NCBI RefSeq assembly: GCF_014280195.1
Contig: NZ_CP047960.1
Coordinates: forward strand, 2,273,374-2,305,373
From: Synechococcus sp. A15-24
GTDB lineage: Bacteria > Cyanobacteriota > Cyanobacteriia > PCC-6307 > Cyanobiaceae
Direction: 5' to 3'
DNA length: 32,000 nt
Shown here: positions 1 to 8,532 of the stretch, piece after piece
How the letters are laid out: every line of letters starts with the position of its first letter
Position numbering within the stretch: position 1 is the stretch's first letter
Program-made: the position numbers and the translations under genes
The notes under the pieces: generated by a model
Seen by the model: the letters and a program-made list of their open reading frames with translations, nothing else
Database searches by the model: none
Told to the model about the DNA's origin: nothing

Positions 1-185
1 ACCGAGCAGGGGCCCACCACCACCAGCAGACGCTGATCCTCGCCGCGCAAAATGGCCTGAATCCGTCGACGGGCCGATGCGACCGTCTCCATGGCGGCGG
101 CATCAATCGGCAGATCTCCGTGCAGCAAAGCCGGAGCCACCAGCGGACGGGTCTCCACCACATGCAAATCCGAGGTGGTGGCCAT
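1..185 (-). CDS. Class I 3-deoxy-7-phosphoheptulonate (DAHP) synthase; N-terminal 61 codons only, the gene runs off the left edge
   Basis: Reverse-strand translation from ATG 185..183 gives MATTSDLHVVETRPLVAPALLHGDLPIDAAAMETVASARRRIQAILRGEDQRLLVVVGPCS. This parallels the E. coli AroG N-terminus (..[27 protein letters not shown]). It is absent from the supplied track because it is truncated. Confidence 0.85.
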   Translation of the reverse strand, partial: MATTSDLHVVETRPLVAPALLHGDLPIDAAAMETVASARRRIQAILRGEDQRLLVVVGPCS

Positions 186-281
186 GACCGCGCGCGTTAA
201 ACGGACCAAGGCTACGCATCCTGCTCACTGGCAACAGACCCTGTCCGGAAGAATGGTGGTCTGCCCCGCAAATTCCTCACC
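186..281. promoter_or_regulatory. Divergent intergenic/promoter region between DAHP synthase (-) and acnB (+)
   Basis: 96-bp spacer between two divergently oriented start codons. I recognised no specific operator (no GTA-N8-TAC NtcA site). Confidence 0.4.
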
Positions 282-2864
282 ATGCTGAGCGCGTATCGCG
301 AGCTGGCCGCCGACCGCGAAGCCCAAGGCATCCCGGCCCTGCCGCTAACCGCTGAGCAGACCCAGGCCCTGACCGAACTGCTGCAACAACCACCTGCAGG
401 GGAGGACGAAGCCCTGTTGCATTTGCTCATTGAGCGCATTCCACCCGGAGTTGACGAAGCCTCTTATGTGAAAGCCACCTGGCTCAGCGCCGTCGCCCAA
501 GGGCAAGCGACAAGCCCCCTGGTGTCACCACTGGAGGCCACTCGCCTGCTCGGAACCATGGTGGGTGGTTACAACGTGGCAGCACTAATTGAGCTGCTTC
601 AGCACAGCGACGAGCAGCTGGCCAGCTGCGCGGCTGAAGGCCTCAGCCGCACCCTGCTGGTTTACGACGCCTTCAATGACGTGATGGAGCTGGCAGCGAG
701 CAATCGCTTCGCCAAGCAGGTGGTGGACAGCTGGGCGGCGGCCGAATGGTTCACCCGCCGTGAGCCCCTGGCCGAAATGATCACGGTGACCGTGTTCAAG
801 GTGGAAGGGGAAACCAACACCGACGACCTCTCACCCGCCACCCACGCCACCACCCGACCGGACATTCCCCTGCACGCCCTGGCGATGCTCGAGACCCGGG
901 ATCCCGAGAGTCTGAAAACGATCGCAACCCTCAAACAAAAGGGTCATCCCGTGGCCTACGTGGGCGACGTGGTGGGAACAGGCAGCTCCAGGAAAAGTGC
1001 GATCAACTCCGTGCTCTGGCACACCGGCGACGACATTCCCCACGTCCCCAACAAACGCGGGAGCGGCGTGATTCTCGGCGGCAAGATCGCGCCGATCTTT
1101 TTCAACACCGCCGAAGACTCCGGAGCCCTGCCGATCGAATGTGATGTCACCGTGCTGAACACAGGTGATGTGATCACCATCAGGCCCCACGCCGGCACGA
1201 TCGAACGCGATAGCGAGGTGGTGAGTCGGTTCGAACTCAAACCCAGCACCATCAGCGATGAAGTGCGGGCCGGAGGCCGCATCTCTTTGATGATCGGCCG
1301 GGCCCTCACGGACAAGGTACGAGCGCAGCTGGGTCTCACCCCTTCGGACGCCTTCATCCGACCCTCGGCACCAGCAGACACCGGCAAGGGCTTCACTCTG
1401 GCCCAGAAAATGGTGGGTAAAGCCTGCGGCTTGCCGGGCGTTCGCCCCGGTACCAGCTGCGAGCCACTGATGACCACCGTCGGCTCCCAGGACACCACCG
1501 GACCGATGACCCGGGATGAGATGAAGGAGCTGGCCTGTCTCGGCTTCTCCTCCGACCTGGTGATGCAGAGCTTCTGCCACACTGCGGCTTACCCCAAACC
1601 AGTGGATCTGCAGACCCAGAAGGATCTGCCGGACTTCTTTGCCCAGCGCGGCGGTGTTGCCCTTCGCCCGGGCGACGGGATCATCCACAGCTGGCTGAAC
1701 CGCATGCTCCTGCCCGACAGCGTGGGCACGGGTGGGGACAGCCACACCCGCTTCCCCCTCGGCATTTCCTTCCCTGCTGGTTCCGGCCTGGTGGCCTTCG
1801 CTGCTGCCATCGGTGCGATGCCCCTGGACATGCCCGAGTCGGTGCTGGTGCGCTTCAGCGGTTCACTGCAGCCTGGTGTGACGCTGCGGGATGTGGTGAA
1901 CGCCATTCCATGGGTGGCCATTCAGAAGGGTCTTCTCACAGTGGAGAAGGCCAATAAGAAGAACGTCTTCAACGGCCGGATCATGGAGATCGAAGGTCTG
2001 CCGGATCTCAAGCTGGAGCAAGCCTTTGAACTCACCGATGCCACCGCCGAACGCTCCTGCGCCGGCTGCACGATCAAGCTCTCGGAAGCAACCGTGAGCG
2101 AATACCTGCGCAGCAATGTGGCCCTGCTGAAAAACATGATTGCCAGGGGCTATAGCGATGCCAAAACCCTGGCTCGTCGGATCAAGGCCATGGAGGCCTG
2201 GCTGGCCAATCCGCAGCTGCTGAGCGCTGATCCGGATGCTCAATATGCCGAAGTCCTGGAGATCAACCTCGACGAGCTCACCGAACCGGTGCTGGCCTGT
2301 CCCAACGATCCCGACAACGTGAAACTGCTCAGCGAGGTCGCCGGCGATCCCGTTCAGGAGGTGTTCATCGGCTCCTGCATGACCAACATCGGCCACTACC
2401 GCGCCGCGGCCAAGGTGCTGGAGGGCTCGGGCAGCAACAAAGCCCGCCTCTGGGTCTGCCCGCCAACACGCATGGACGAAGAGACCCTGAAGGCCGAGGG
2501 CTACTACGCCACCTTTGAAGCGGCCGGCTCTCGCATGGAGATGCCGGGTTGTTCGCTTTGCATGGGCAACCAGGCCCGGGTGGAGGACAACACCACGGTG
2601 TTCTCCACCAGCACCCGGAACTTCAACAACCGTCTGGGCAAAGGCGCCCAGGTTTATCTGGGCAGTGCCGAGCTGGCAGCGGTCTGCGCCCTGCTGGGTC
2701 GCATTCCTACCGCCGATGAGTACCGCTCAATCGCCGCTGAAAAAATTGATCCGCTCTCTGATGAGCTTTACCGCTACCTGAATTTCGATCAGATCAGCGG
2801 TTTTGAAGATCAAGGCCGGGTGATGAGTGCGGATGAGGAGGCGGCTGTGCTGGCTGAAGCCTGA
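282..2864 (+). CDS. acnB: Aconitate hydratase 2 / 2-methylisocitrate dehydratase (AcnB)
   Basis: 860-aa ORF. The N-terminus [55 protein letters not shown] is collinear with E. coli AcnB (MLEEYRKHVAERAAEGIAPKPL..NPPAGEEE..PPGVDEAAYVKA). Fe-S ligand regions GSCMTN and CSLCMGNQ are present. Confidence 0.96.
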   Translation: MLSAYRELAADREAQGIPALPLTAEQTQALTELLQQPPAGEDEALLHLLIERIPPGVDEASYVKATWLSAVAQGQATSPLVSPLEATRLLGTMVGGYNVAALIELLQHSDEQLASCAAEGLSRTLLVYDAFNDVMELAASNRFAKQVVDSWAAAEWFTRREPLAEMITVTVFKVEGETNTDDLSPATHATTRPDIPLHALAMLETRDPESLKTIATLKQKGHPVAYVGDVVGTGSSRKSAINSVLWHTGDDIPHVPNKRGSGVILGGKIAPIFFNTAEDSGALPIECDVTVLNTGDVITIRPHAGTIERDSEVVSRFELKPSTISDEVRAGGRISLMIGRALTDKVRAQLGLTPSDAFIRPSAPADTGKGFTLAQKMVGKACGLPGVRPGTSCEPLMTTVGSQDTTGPMTRDEMKELACLGFSSDLVMQSFCHTAAYPKPVDLQTQKDLPDFFAQRGGVALRPGDGIIHSWLNRMLLPDSVGTGGDSHTRFPLGISFPAGSGLVAFAAAIGAMPLDMPESVLVRFSGSLQPGVTLRDVVNAIPWVAIQKGLLTVEKANKKNVFNGRIMEIEGLPDLKLEQAFELTDATAERSCAGCTIKLSEATVSEYLRSNVALLKNMIARGYSDAKTLARRIKAMEAWLANPQLLSADPDAQYAEVLEINLDELTEPVLACPNDPDNVKLLSEVAGDPVQEVFIGSCMTNIGHYRAAAKVLEGSGSNKARLWVCPPTRMDEETLKAEGYYATFEAAGSRMEMPGCSLCMGNQARVEDNTTVFSTSTRNFNNRLGKGAQVYLGSAELAAVCALLGRIPTADEYRSIAAEKIDPLSDELYRYLNFDQISGFEDQGRVMSADEEAAVLAEA

Positions 2865-2878
2865 TCCCCCATCACCCT

Positions 2879-4324
2879 GTGCCCACCCTGAGCGAACCGA
2901 AACGACGACGCCACCTGCTGGGGTCCAGCCGCAGCATCCAGCGGTTGCTCGAACGCCGCTGGCTGGTGGTGGTTCTGGCGCTGGCACTCACAGGCCTGGG
3001 GGCTGCCATCACTGGCCTGCTGTTCACCGGAGGCATCAACCTGCTCAAGGATTGGCGCCTGGAGTTGCTCGATGACTTTCCCGCCTGGGTGGTGCTGCCA
3101 GCTCTGGGGGGATTCGGCGGTTTGCTGTCCGGCTGGCTGATCAGCAATCTGGCGCCCGCTGCCGGTGGCGCCGGCATCACCCACATCATGGGATTTCTGC
3201 GCCACAGGGCCGTTCCCATGGGGCTACAGGTGGGCCTGGTGAAACTCGTGGCCGGAATCATCGCCATCGGCAGTGGCTTTCCCCTCGGCCCGGAGGGTCC
3301 AGCTGTGCAGATGGGTGGGTCCGTGGCCTGGCAGATGTCCCGCTGGCTGAAGGCACCCGCGGCCTTTCGCCGCATGATCGTTGCCGCGGGGGGTGGCGCT
3401 GGTATCGCCGCCGTGTTCAGTGCACCGATTGGAGGTTTCATCTACGCGATCGAGGAGCTGCTGCACTCGGCCAGACCCGTGGTGCTGTTGCTGGTGCTGA
3501 TCACCACGTTCTCCGCAGACACCTGGGCGGACGTGCTGGGCTTTCTCGGCCTCAACCCTGGGTCGTCCGGCCTCAGCGGCAGCAGTGGCTTCCAGCTGGA
3601 GCGCGCCTACACACCGCTGGTGAAATTCCTGCCCATCGATCTGCTGTATCTGATCGCACTGGGAGCCGTGATCGGGGTGCTGGCAGAGCTCTACACCCGC
3701 TATGTGCTGGCCATGCAGCGTCAGGGGAACCGCTGGTTCGGTGACCGATTAATCCTGCGCATGACCCTCAGCGGGGTGGTGATCGGCTGCGTCTATGCCG
3801 CCCTGCCCGACACCTTTCACAATCCATCGGAGTTGAAGCACCTGATTGCCGCTGGAAAAGCGGACGTCGGCCTCGCCCTCGCCAGCTTCGTGGTTCTGTT
3901 CTTCAGCACCGGACTGGCCGCCGGCTCAGGGGCCCCCGGGGGGTTGTTCATGCCGATGCTGACCCTGGGCGGTGCCATTGGCCTGGCCTGTGGCATCGGG
4001 GTGGAAGCCCTCACAGGCCACGTCCCCACCACCTATGTGTTTGCAGGCATGGGGGCCTTCGTGGCGGGGTGTTCCCACACGCCGATCTCCGCCATGTTCC
4101 TGGCGTTTGCCCTCACCAAGGACCTGCTGATTCTCAAGCCAATCCTCGTGGCCTCTCTGATGAGCTTCCTGGTGGCCAGGTTGTTCAACCCCAACTCCAT
4201 CTACGACCGTCAGATGGGGATGGAGCTGGCGTCTGAAGAACGGATGCAGCAGCGGATCAACCGTCATCGCCGTCCGTTCACCCCGCCACCACCACCCTCC
4301 GGGCCCTCAGGAGACACCAACTGA
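2879..4324 (+). CDS. CLC-family chloride channel / H+-anion exchanger homologue, no CBS domains, Pro-rich C-tail
   Basis: 481 aa, GTG start, polytopic. It is collinear with ClC-ec1: APAAGGAGITHIMG vs APEAGGSGIPEIEG, GFPLGPEGPAVQMGG vs GMVLGREGPTVQIGG, GAPGGLFMPMLTLG vs GAPGGIFAPMLALG, AIEELL vs IIEEMR. Confidence 0.85.
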   Translation: MPTLSEPKRRRHLLGSSRSIQRLLERRWLVVVLALALTGLGAAITGLLFTGGINLLKDWRLELLDDFPAWVVLPALGGFGGLLSGWLISNLAPAAGGAGITHIMGFLRHRAVPMGLQVGLVKLVAGIIAIGSGFPLGPEGPAVQMGGSVAWQMSRWLKAPAAFRRMIVAAGGGAGIAAVFSAPIGGFIYAIEELLHSARPVVLLLVLITTFSADTWADVLGFLGLNPGSSGLSGSSGFQLERAYTPLVKFLPIDLLYLIALGAVIGVLAELYTRYVLAMQRQGNRWFGDRLILRMTLSGVVIGCVYAALPDTFHNPSELKHLIAAGKADVGLALASFVVLFFSTGLAAGSGAPGGLFMPMLTLGGAIGLACGIGVEALTGHVPTTYVFAGMGAFVAGCSHTPISAMFLAFALTKDLLILKPILVASLMSFLVARLFNPNSIYDRQMGMELASEERMQQRINRHRRPFTPPPPPSGPSGDTN

Positions 4325-4380
4325 ATCAGGAAACCCTGCTGTTCGATCCGGCCACACCGGAACCCGATGCCCTCAAGGCC

Positions 4381-5958
4381 GTGCTGGCGTTTCCCAGCAC
4401 CTATTCGGTGGGGATTACCAGCCTCGGGTATCAGATCGTCTGGGCGACCTTGGCGCGTCGCAGCGATGTCGACGTGCGGCGACTATTCACCGATCAGAGT
4501 GATCCTCTGCCGCGCCACTGCGATCTGTTCGGGCTGTCCCTGAGCTGGGAGCTGGATGGTCCAGTGTTGCCTGAGCTGCTGCAGAACCAGCGCATTCCCA
4601 TCTGGGCTGTGGAGCGTCGCGATCAGGACCCGATCGTCTTCGGTGGCGGTCCTGTGCTGACCGCCAACCCTGAACCGCTGGCCCCCTTCTTTGATGCGGT
4701 GCTGCTCGGAGATGGGGAGCTGCTGCTGCCCGCCTTCATTGATGCTCTCCAGCAATGCCGAGGGGCTGACCGTCAGGCACGGTTGCGACACCTCGCTCAG
4801 GTGCCAGGGGTATACGTGCCCGCGCTCTATGCCCCTCAATACGACAGCGACGGCCAGCTGCAAGGGGTGAAACCGATTCAGCCTGGGCTGCCGCACACGA
4901 TTGAAAAACAGACCTGGCGCGGCAACACCCTCAGCCACTCCACGGTGGTGACACCGGAGGCCGCCTGGCCAGACATCCACATGGTGGAAGTGGTGCGGAG
5001 TTGTCCCGAACTGTGCCGCTTCTGCCTGGCCAGTTACCTCACCCTCCCCTTCCGCACACCATCCCTGGACGATGGTCTGATCCCGGCGGTGGAAAAGGGT
5101 CTGACCGCCACCCAACGGCTTGGGCTGCTGGGTGCTTCGGTCACCCAGCACCCCCAGTTCTCCGATCTGCTGCATTGGTTGGATCAGGACCGCTTCGACG
5201 GCACGCGCATCAGCGTGAGTTCCGTGCGAGCCGCCACGGTCACCCCTGACCTGGGACGGATCCTGGCAAAACGGGGCAGTCGGTCGCTCACGATTGCCAT
5301 CGAAAGCGGCAGCGAACGCATGCGGGAGGTGGTCAACAAAAAGCTCTCCACCGAAGCGATCCATGCCGCTGCCCAGCACGCCAAGCAAGGCGGGCTGTCA
5401 GGCCTGAAGCTCTACGGCATGGTCGGTCTGCCGACCGAGAGCGATGACGATGTGGACGCCACCGCCGATCTGCTGCTGACCCTGAAAAAAGGCACCCCTG
5501 GGCTGCGTTTCACCCTTGGCGTCAGCACCTTCGTGCCCAAGGCCCAGACCCCCTTCCAATGGCAAGGGGTGCGGCCGGAAGCGGACAAACGCTTGAAACG
5601 GCTGGCGAAGAAAGTCAAACCCAAGGGCATTGAGTTCCGCCCGGAGAGCTACGGCTGGAGCGTGATCCAGGCCCTGCTGTCCCGCAGCGACCGACGCCTG
5701 GCCCCGGTGATCGCCGCCGTCGGCGACGCCCGCGAGAGCATCGGCGGATGGAAAAAGGCCTATCGAGCTGCCCTTAACGACGAGCTGGATTCCATCCCTG
5801 GCGACCCGCTGCCGGCCCCACCCCCCTGGGATGAGGTGGTTCATGGGACCTGGGAGCCCACCCGCGTTTTGCCCTGGACCCACCTCAGGGGTCCGCTTGC
5901 TCCGGAGAAACTGCTGGAGCATCACGATCAGGCCCTGGTTCCTGGCACTGACGGCTGA
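4381..5958 (+). CDS. Radical SAM protein with N-terminal B12-binding-like domain, function unknown; true start possibly upstream at 4321
   Basis: 525 aa. The CxxxCxxC cluster motif C-PEL-C-RF-C lies at 5002..5025 (VEVVRSCPELCRFCLASY). The N-terminal AFPSTYSVGITSLGYQIVW resembles the ALAFPDxYEVGMSxLG start of the uncharacterised TIGR03960-type radical SAM proteins (from memory). Confidence 0.8.
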   Translation: MLAFPSTYSVGITSLGYQIVWATLARRSDVDVRRLFTDQSDPLPRHCDLFGLSLSWELDGPVLPELLQNQRIPIWAVERRDQDPIVFGGGPVLTANPEPLAPFFDAVLLGDGELLLPAFIDALQQCRGADRQARLRHLAQVPGVYVPALYAPQYDSDGQLQGVKPIQPGLPHTIEKQTWRGNTLSHSTVVTPEAAWPDIHMVEVVRSCPELCRFCLASYLTLPFRTPSLDDGLIPAVEKGLTATQRLGLLGASVTQHPQFSDLLHWLDQDRFDGTRISVSSVRAATVTPDLGRILAKRGSRSLTIAIESGSERMREVVNKKLSTEAIHAAAQHAKQGGLSGLKLYGMVGLPTESDDDVDATADLLLTLKKGTPGLRFTLGVSTFVPKAQTPFQWQGVRPEADKRLKRLAKKVKPKGIEFRPESYGWSVIQALLSRSDRRLAPVIAAVGDARESIGGWKKAYRAALNDELDSIPGDPLPAPPPWDEVVHGTWEPTRVLPWTHLRGPLAPEKLLEHHDQALVPGTDG

Positions 5959-7159
5959 AGGCACAAAGCCCGGCGAGCAGGGTCCAGCCAAGGATGTTGA
6001 GACGGCTGTCAAACAGCGGCAGATCGGTGGCGTGCATCACCACCATCACCAACGTGGCGGCCCACCAGGCCCGCTCCAGTGGAGCCTTCTGCAGCATTCC
6101 GCGTTGGGCGGCCAGCACCAGCAGGAACAGCACTGTGCCGACGATCAACAGCATCGCCGGCACTCCATGACTGACGGCCAGCTCCAGTGGCAAGTTATGG
6201 ACATGGCCATGCCAGCGCTTGGCAGCATGGATGGGATACAGAACGCTGAAAGCAGCAGCACCCCAGCCGAACCAAGGGCGGGCCGTCACCAACTGCAGGG
6301 CGTACTGCCACTGACCCAAACGCGTGTGTTTCCAGGCGGTTTCCCCCTGGCTTTCCAGCACCCGCACCAGCACCTGATCTGGCAGCAGGCGCATCCCCCA
6401 CTGCTGCAGACCGGCGGGAACCCCCGGCAGGACAGCAAGCAGGAGGGGTGAGGCGAGGAGCAGCAGCAACGGCAGCAACCACATCCACTGGCAAGGCCCG
6501 AACACGAACGGCAGCACCAGCACCAATCCACCCATGGCATTGCGCGACTGGGTGAGCAGCACTGCCAGCGCGGTGGCCATGGACAGCAACAGAGCGCCCC
6601 CGCGTCGTCGCCAGCCATCGGGGCGAAGCACGGCAGCCAGCATCAACGGCCAGACCACTGCGAGCCAGGCGCCGGTGATGTTGGCGTAATCGAACAGACC
6701 GGACAGACGACCGATCGGGCGGCCATCGGGATGCAGAAACCAGATGATCGCTCCGCCCCCCACCTGCCAAGGGCCCTGCCAACCCAGGAGCATCTGACCG
6801 AATCCCGTCACCAGAACAGGCAGCGTGCCCGCCAGCAACATCCACACCGCCTGGCGGCGTTGGCTGGCCTTCGCGAGGTGAGGTTGAAAGGCCCAGAACG
6901 CCCAGACAAAAGGCAACCAGTTGGCCAGACCTGCCCAAGCCAGGCCAACGTTCTCGGCCAGACAGGCCCCGATCAGCATCAGCAGCCCAGCCAGCAGCAG
7001 CGGCTGGCACCAACGATCCCGCCACAGCGGTTGCTCCCGACCACGACTTCCGCTGACGCAGGCGATCAACAGGCCAACTCCCGCCAACAGAGCGCTGGAG
7101 GGCAGAAAGAACAACCCAAGCCGAAACGCCTGGCCCCCGATGCGCCGATCCCTGATCAC
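5885..7159 (-). CDS. Polytopic membrane protein with O-antigen ligase (Wzy_C)-like domain; resembles the cyanobacterial IctB family
   Basis: 424 aa with about 10 or more hydrophobic segments. A central LLTQSRNAMGGLVLVLP region is typical of O-antigen ligase domains. The GTG start (7159..7157) overlaps the purU TGA (7158..7156) as GTGA. Confidence 0.7.
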   Translation of the reverse strand: MIRDRRIGGQAFRLGLFFLPSSALLAGVGLLIACVSGSRGREQPLWRDRWCQPLLLAGLLMLIGACLAENVGLAWAGLANWLPFVWAFWAFQPHLAKASQRRQAVWMLLAGTLPVLVTGFGQMLLGWQGPWQVGGGAIIWFLHPDGRPIGRLSGLFDYANITGAWLAVVWPLMLAAVLRPDGWRRRGGALLLSMATALAVLLTQSRNAMGGLVLVLPFVFGPCQWMWLLPLLLLLASPLLLAVLPGVPAGLQQWGMRLLPDQVLVRVLESQGETAWKHTRLGQWQYALQLVTARPWFGWGAAAFSVLYPIHAAKRWHGHVHNLPLELAVSHGVPAMLLIVGTVLFLLVLAAQRGMLQKAPLERAWWAATLVMVVMHATDLPLFDSRLNILGWTLLAGLCAFSRQCQEPGPDRDAPAVSPEQADP

Positions 7160-8010
7160 GCGAACACAGCCGTACGGCCCCGATAGACCATTACCTGACG
7201 GTGAAGATGCATCCGCAAAGCCCGCGCCAGTGCCAGCCGTTCGGTGTCGCGTCCCTTGCGGATGAGGTCATCGACATCATCACGGTGACTCACGGGCACG
7301 GTGGTCTGCTCGATGATCGGCCCGTCGTCGAGGTCCTCGGTCACATAGTGAGCGGTGGCACCAATCAACTTGACCCCCCGCTCCCAGGCTCGGTGATAGG
7401 GCTGCGCGCCCTTGAAGGCCGGCAAAAAGGAGTGGTGGATGTTGATCACATCCGGGAAACGCTGCAGAAAATCACCACTGAGCACCTGCATGTACTTGGC
7501 GAGCACCGCGAGTTCGATCCGGTTCTCTGCCAACAGCTCCAGCATCCTCTGCTCAGCCTCCGGTTTGGTCGCCTTGGCGACTGGAACACAGACAAAACGA
7601 ACCCCGAACCCGGCACAAAGGGGCTCGAGATCCGGGTGGTTGGCGATGACCAGCGGCACCTGCATCGGCAATTCACCGCTCTGCACCCGCCACAGCAGAT
7701 CCTGAAGGCAGTGGGCCTGCTTGCTGGCGAAGATCGCCACCCGAGGCATTGCATCGGAAAAGTGCAGCTGAGCCTGACCGTTCAGACGCTGCTCCAATGC
7801 TGCAGCTGCCTCGGGCAAGGCAGCCCGCGACAGACCGAAGCCATCGAGATCCCACTCGATCCGACTGAGAAACAACCCTGCCCCCGCATCGGTGTGGTGG
7901 TCGGCGTGGCGGATGTTGCCGCCGTTGGCTGCCACCCAACCTGCCAGCTCACTGACCAACCCCGGACGATCCGGGCAGATCATTTGCAGGATCACCGTGA
8001 CGTCACGCAC
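7156..8010 (-). CDS. purU: Formyltetrahydrofolate deformylase
   Basis: N-terminal ACT domain (VTVILQMICPDRPGLVSELAGWV) followed by a formyltransferase core (INIHHSFLPAFKGAQPYHRA, GATAHYVTEDLDDGPII). The track ORF extends to 8460, but that extension overlaps psbQ antisense and has no homology. Plausible starts are GTG 8010 (284 aa), GTG 7995 and ATG 7983. Confidence 0.9.
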   Translation of the reverse strand: MRDVTVILQMICPDRPGLVSELAGWVAANGGNIRHADHHTDAGAGLFLSRIEWDLDGFGLSRAALPEAAAALEQRLNGQAQLHFSDAMPRVAIFASKQAHCLQDLLWRVQSGELPMQVPLVIANHPDLEPLCAGFGVRFVCVPVAKATKPEAEQRMLELLAENRIELAVLAKYMQVLSGDFLQRFPDVINIHHSFLPAFKGAQPYHRAWERGVKLIGATAHYVTEDLDDGPIIEQTTVPVSHRDDVDDLIRKGRDTERLALARALRMHLHRQVMVYRGRTAVFA

Positions 8011-8082
8011 GACGAAGGTTTGAAAAACAAATTCTCCCGCGCAGAACTGGCTGGTTAAAGTCCACGGGATTTTTTCCTGACC

Positions 8083-8532
8083 ATGCTGAAGGCCCTGCGC
8101 CGCCTTGCCGCGATCTGCCTCTGCGTCGCGTTGAGCCTGGGTCTGATGGCCCCGGCTGCTGTCAATGCTGCTGGCATCAACCCAGATGACCTGGCGGTGA
8201 TCCGCCGCCAGGCCGCCGCGTTTGAAGCCACCAAGTCCCGTCTGCCTGACCTGGCACGGCTGGTGAGCGCTGAGGATTGGGTCTTCACCCGCAACCTTCT
8301 GCATGGTCCGATGCAGGAAGTGGGTCGTGAAATGTCGTACATCAACCAGCGCCTGGATCGCTCTGAGCGCAAAGATGCCGACAAGATCGCCCGCAAATTG
8401 AAGGAAGCCCTTGCAGACCTGGATGAAGCGGCCCGCCTGCAGGACGGCTCCCGTCTGCAACGGTCCTACAGCAACCTGGCGGCCAGCTTCGACGCTTACT
8501 CCGACGTGATCCCTGCTGAGGCCTTCAGCTGA
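8083..8532 (+). CDS. psbQ: Photosystem II lumenal extrinsic protein PsbQ (CyanoQ)
   Basis: 149 aa with a signal peptide. AEDWVFTRNLLHGPMQEVGREM and ARKLKEALADLDEAARLQDGSRLQRSYSNLAASFDAYSDVIP parallel Synechocystis sll1638 (DQNWVDTQTYIHGPLGQLRRDM ... LERLDAAAKDRNGSQAKIQYQEALADFDSFLNLLP), recalled from memory. Confidence 0.8.
   Translation: MLKALRRLAAICLCVALSLGLMAPAAVNAAGINPDDLAVIRRQAAAFEATKSRLPDLARLVSAEDWVFTRNLLHGPMQEVGREMSYINQRLDRSERKDADKIARKLKEALADLDEAARLQDGSRLQRSYSNLAASFDAYSDVIPAEAFS

Noticed and set aside
5831-6451. 206-aa ORF with a His run (HHHHHQ), and the 276-aa alternative-frame ORF at 6195..7025
   Set aside because: Both lie inside the IctB-like membrane gene, one antisense and one in an alternative frame. 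Their composition is dominated by Gln/His/Pro or Arg/Ala/Gly, with no hydrophobic periodicity, unlike the real frame.
7996-8007. TGACGTCA-core perfect palindromes near gene ends: CGTGACGTCACG (7996..8007, purU start), CTGACGTCAG (16853..16862, mraY start) and GATGACGTCATC (10792..10803, dnaK 3' end)
   Set aside because: All three arise from an in-frame Asp-Val dipeptide encoded by the preferred codons GAC GTC with complementary flanking bases. Three occurrences in 32 kb of GC-rich coding DNA is not clearly above expectation, and I know of no cyanobacterial regulator with this site.
8011-8460. 5' extension of the purU ORF, giving a 434-aa product that overlaps psbQ on the opposite strand
   Set aside because: PurU homology begins only at the ACT domain (VTVILQMICPD). 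The extension has no similarity to anything I recognise and overlaps the well-supported psbQ, so an internal start at 8010, 7995 or 7983 was chosen.
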